This document shows positions 63,723 to 64,000 of a stretch of DNA of 64,000 nt, one piece after another. The stretch spans positions 576,001 through 640,000 of the forward strand of contig CP084166.1 in assembly GCA_021513695.1 (NCBI GenBank), in the 5' to 3' direction. The stretch is from Candidatus Heimdallarchaeum aukensis (GTDB taxonomy: Archaea; Asgardarchaeota; Heimdallarchaeia; Heimdallarchaeales; Heimdallarchaeaceae). Position 1 is the stretch's first letter; the number at the start of each line of letters is the position of its first letter. The position numbers were made by a program, and so were the translations under genes. The notes under the pieces were generated by a model, which made no database searches, was not told where the DNA came from, and saw nothing but the letters and a program-made list of their open reading frames with translations.

Positions 63723-64000
63723 ATGCCTATCAAATTCGATTTTTCTGCTTATTATGCGTTTAAAGAATTAATAAAAAAGAAAGTAGGAAAAGAAAAAATC
63801 AACAAAGAGTTAGAAGAATTATTTTCGATAAAAGGATATGAGCTATTATTTGAACGAGAGTATAACAAAGAATTTTTCTCAAATGTATTTAAATTTGTCC
63901 TATATCCTGAATTAGCTGAAGTTACAGAGAAAAATCAACTAAAAAGATATGAAAGGTACATTAATCATTTTAATAATATTATTTCTATTCAAGAACAAAT
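63723..64000 (+). CDS. Partial ORF running off the window end (hypothetical)
   Basis: ATG at 63723. I translated 92 codons without a stop (MPIKFDFSAYYAFKELIKKK...). No domain recognised. Confidence 0.35.
   Translation, partial: MPIKFDFSAYYAFKELIKKKVGKEKINKELEELFSIKGYELLFEREYNKEFFSNVFKFVLYPELAEVTEKNQLKRYERYINHFNNIISIQEQ

Noticed and set aside
1-64000. tRNA, rRNA or intein-containing genes
   Set aside because: No GC-rich cloverleaf-sized islands were seen in the intergenic regions. The large conserved enzymes (HsdR, PPase, P-type ATPase) read through their motifs without insertions.

Overview
AT-rich, gene-dense archaeal chromosomal window. Archaeal origin is supported by A/T-rich TATA boxes about 25 nt upstream of several starts, GGTG/GAGG-type ribosome-binding sites and Lys/Asn/Ile/Glu-rich proteins. 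I saw no rRNA, tRNA or CRISPR array. By inference only, the gene content points to an Asgard (Loki-type) archaeon: two tandem Ras/Rab-like small GTPases, three proteins sharing a longin (Bet5/sybindin-like) domain, and a giant FG-GAP/TSP3 receptor with a RING-like tail. Ordinary content includes an H+-pyrophosphatase, a P2-type cation ATPase, an ABC-2 exporter, an MMPL/TetR pair, MFS transporters, an M20 peptidase, a methyltransferase, VKOR and cupin. Accessory content: (1) a decayed type I R-M locus with intact hsdR, hsdS cut in frame by a 763-bp IS6-like element and no hsdM, plus two uncharacterised co-directional genes; (2) a second 242-bp fragment of the same IS about 35 kb away; (3) a stand-alone NuoB/C/D/I-like module whose large subunit keeps 2 of 4 NiFe cysteines and has no adjacent membrane subunits; (4) a 20-kb stretch (42.3-63.6 kb) rich in TPR, longin, zinc-ribbon, wHTH and surface-receptor genes. 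The lead candidate for something undescribed is the N-terminus of the 856-aa ORF at 43313..45883. It carries 8-9 tandem ~28-aa repeats that look like WH2/beta-thymosin actin-binding motifs. All functional calls come from motif reading by eye; no searches were run.
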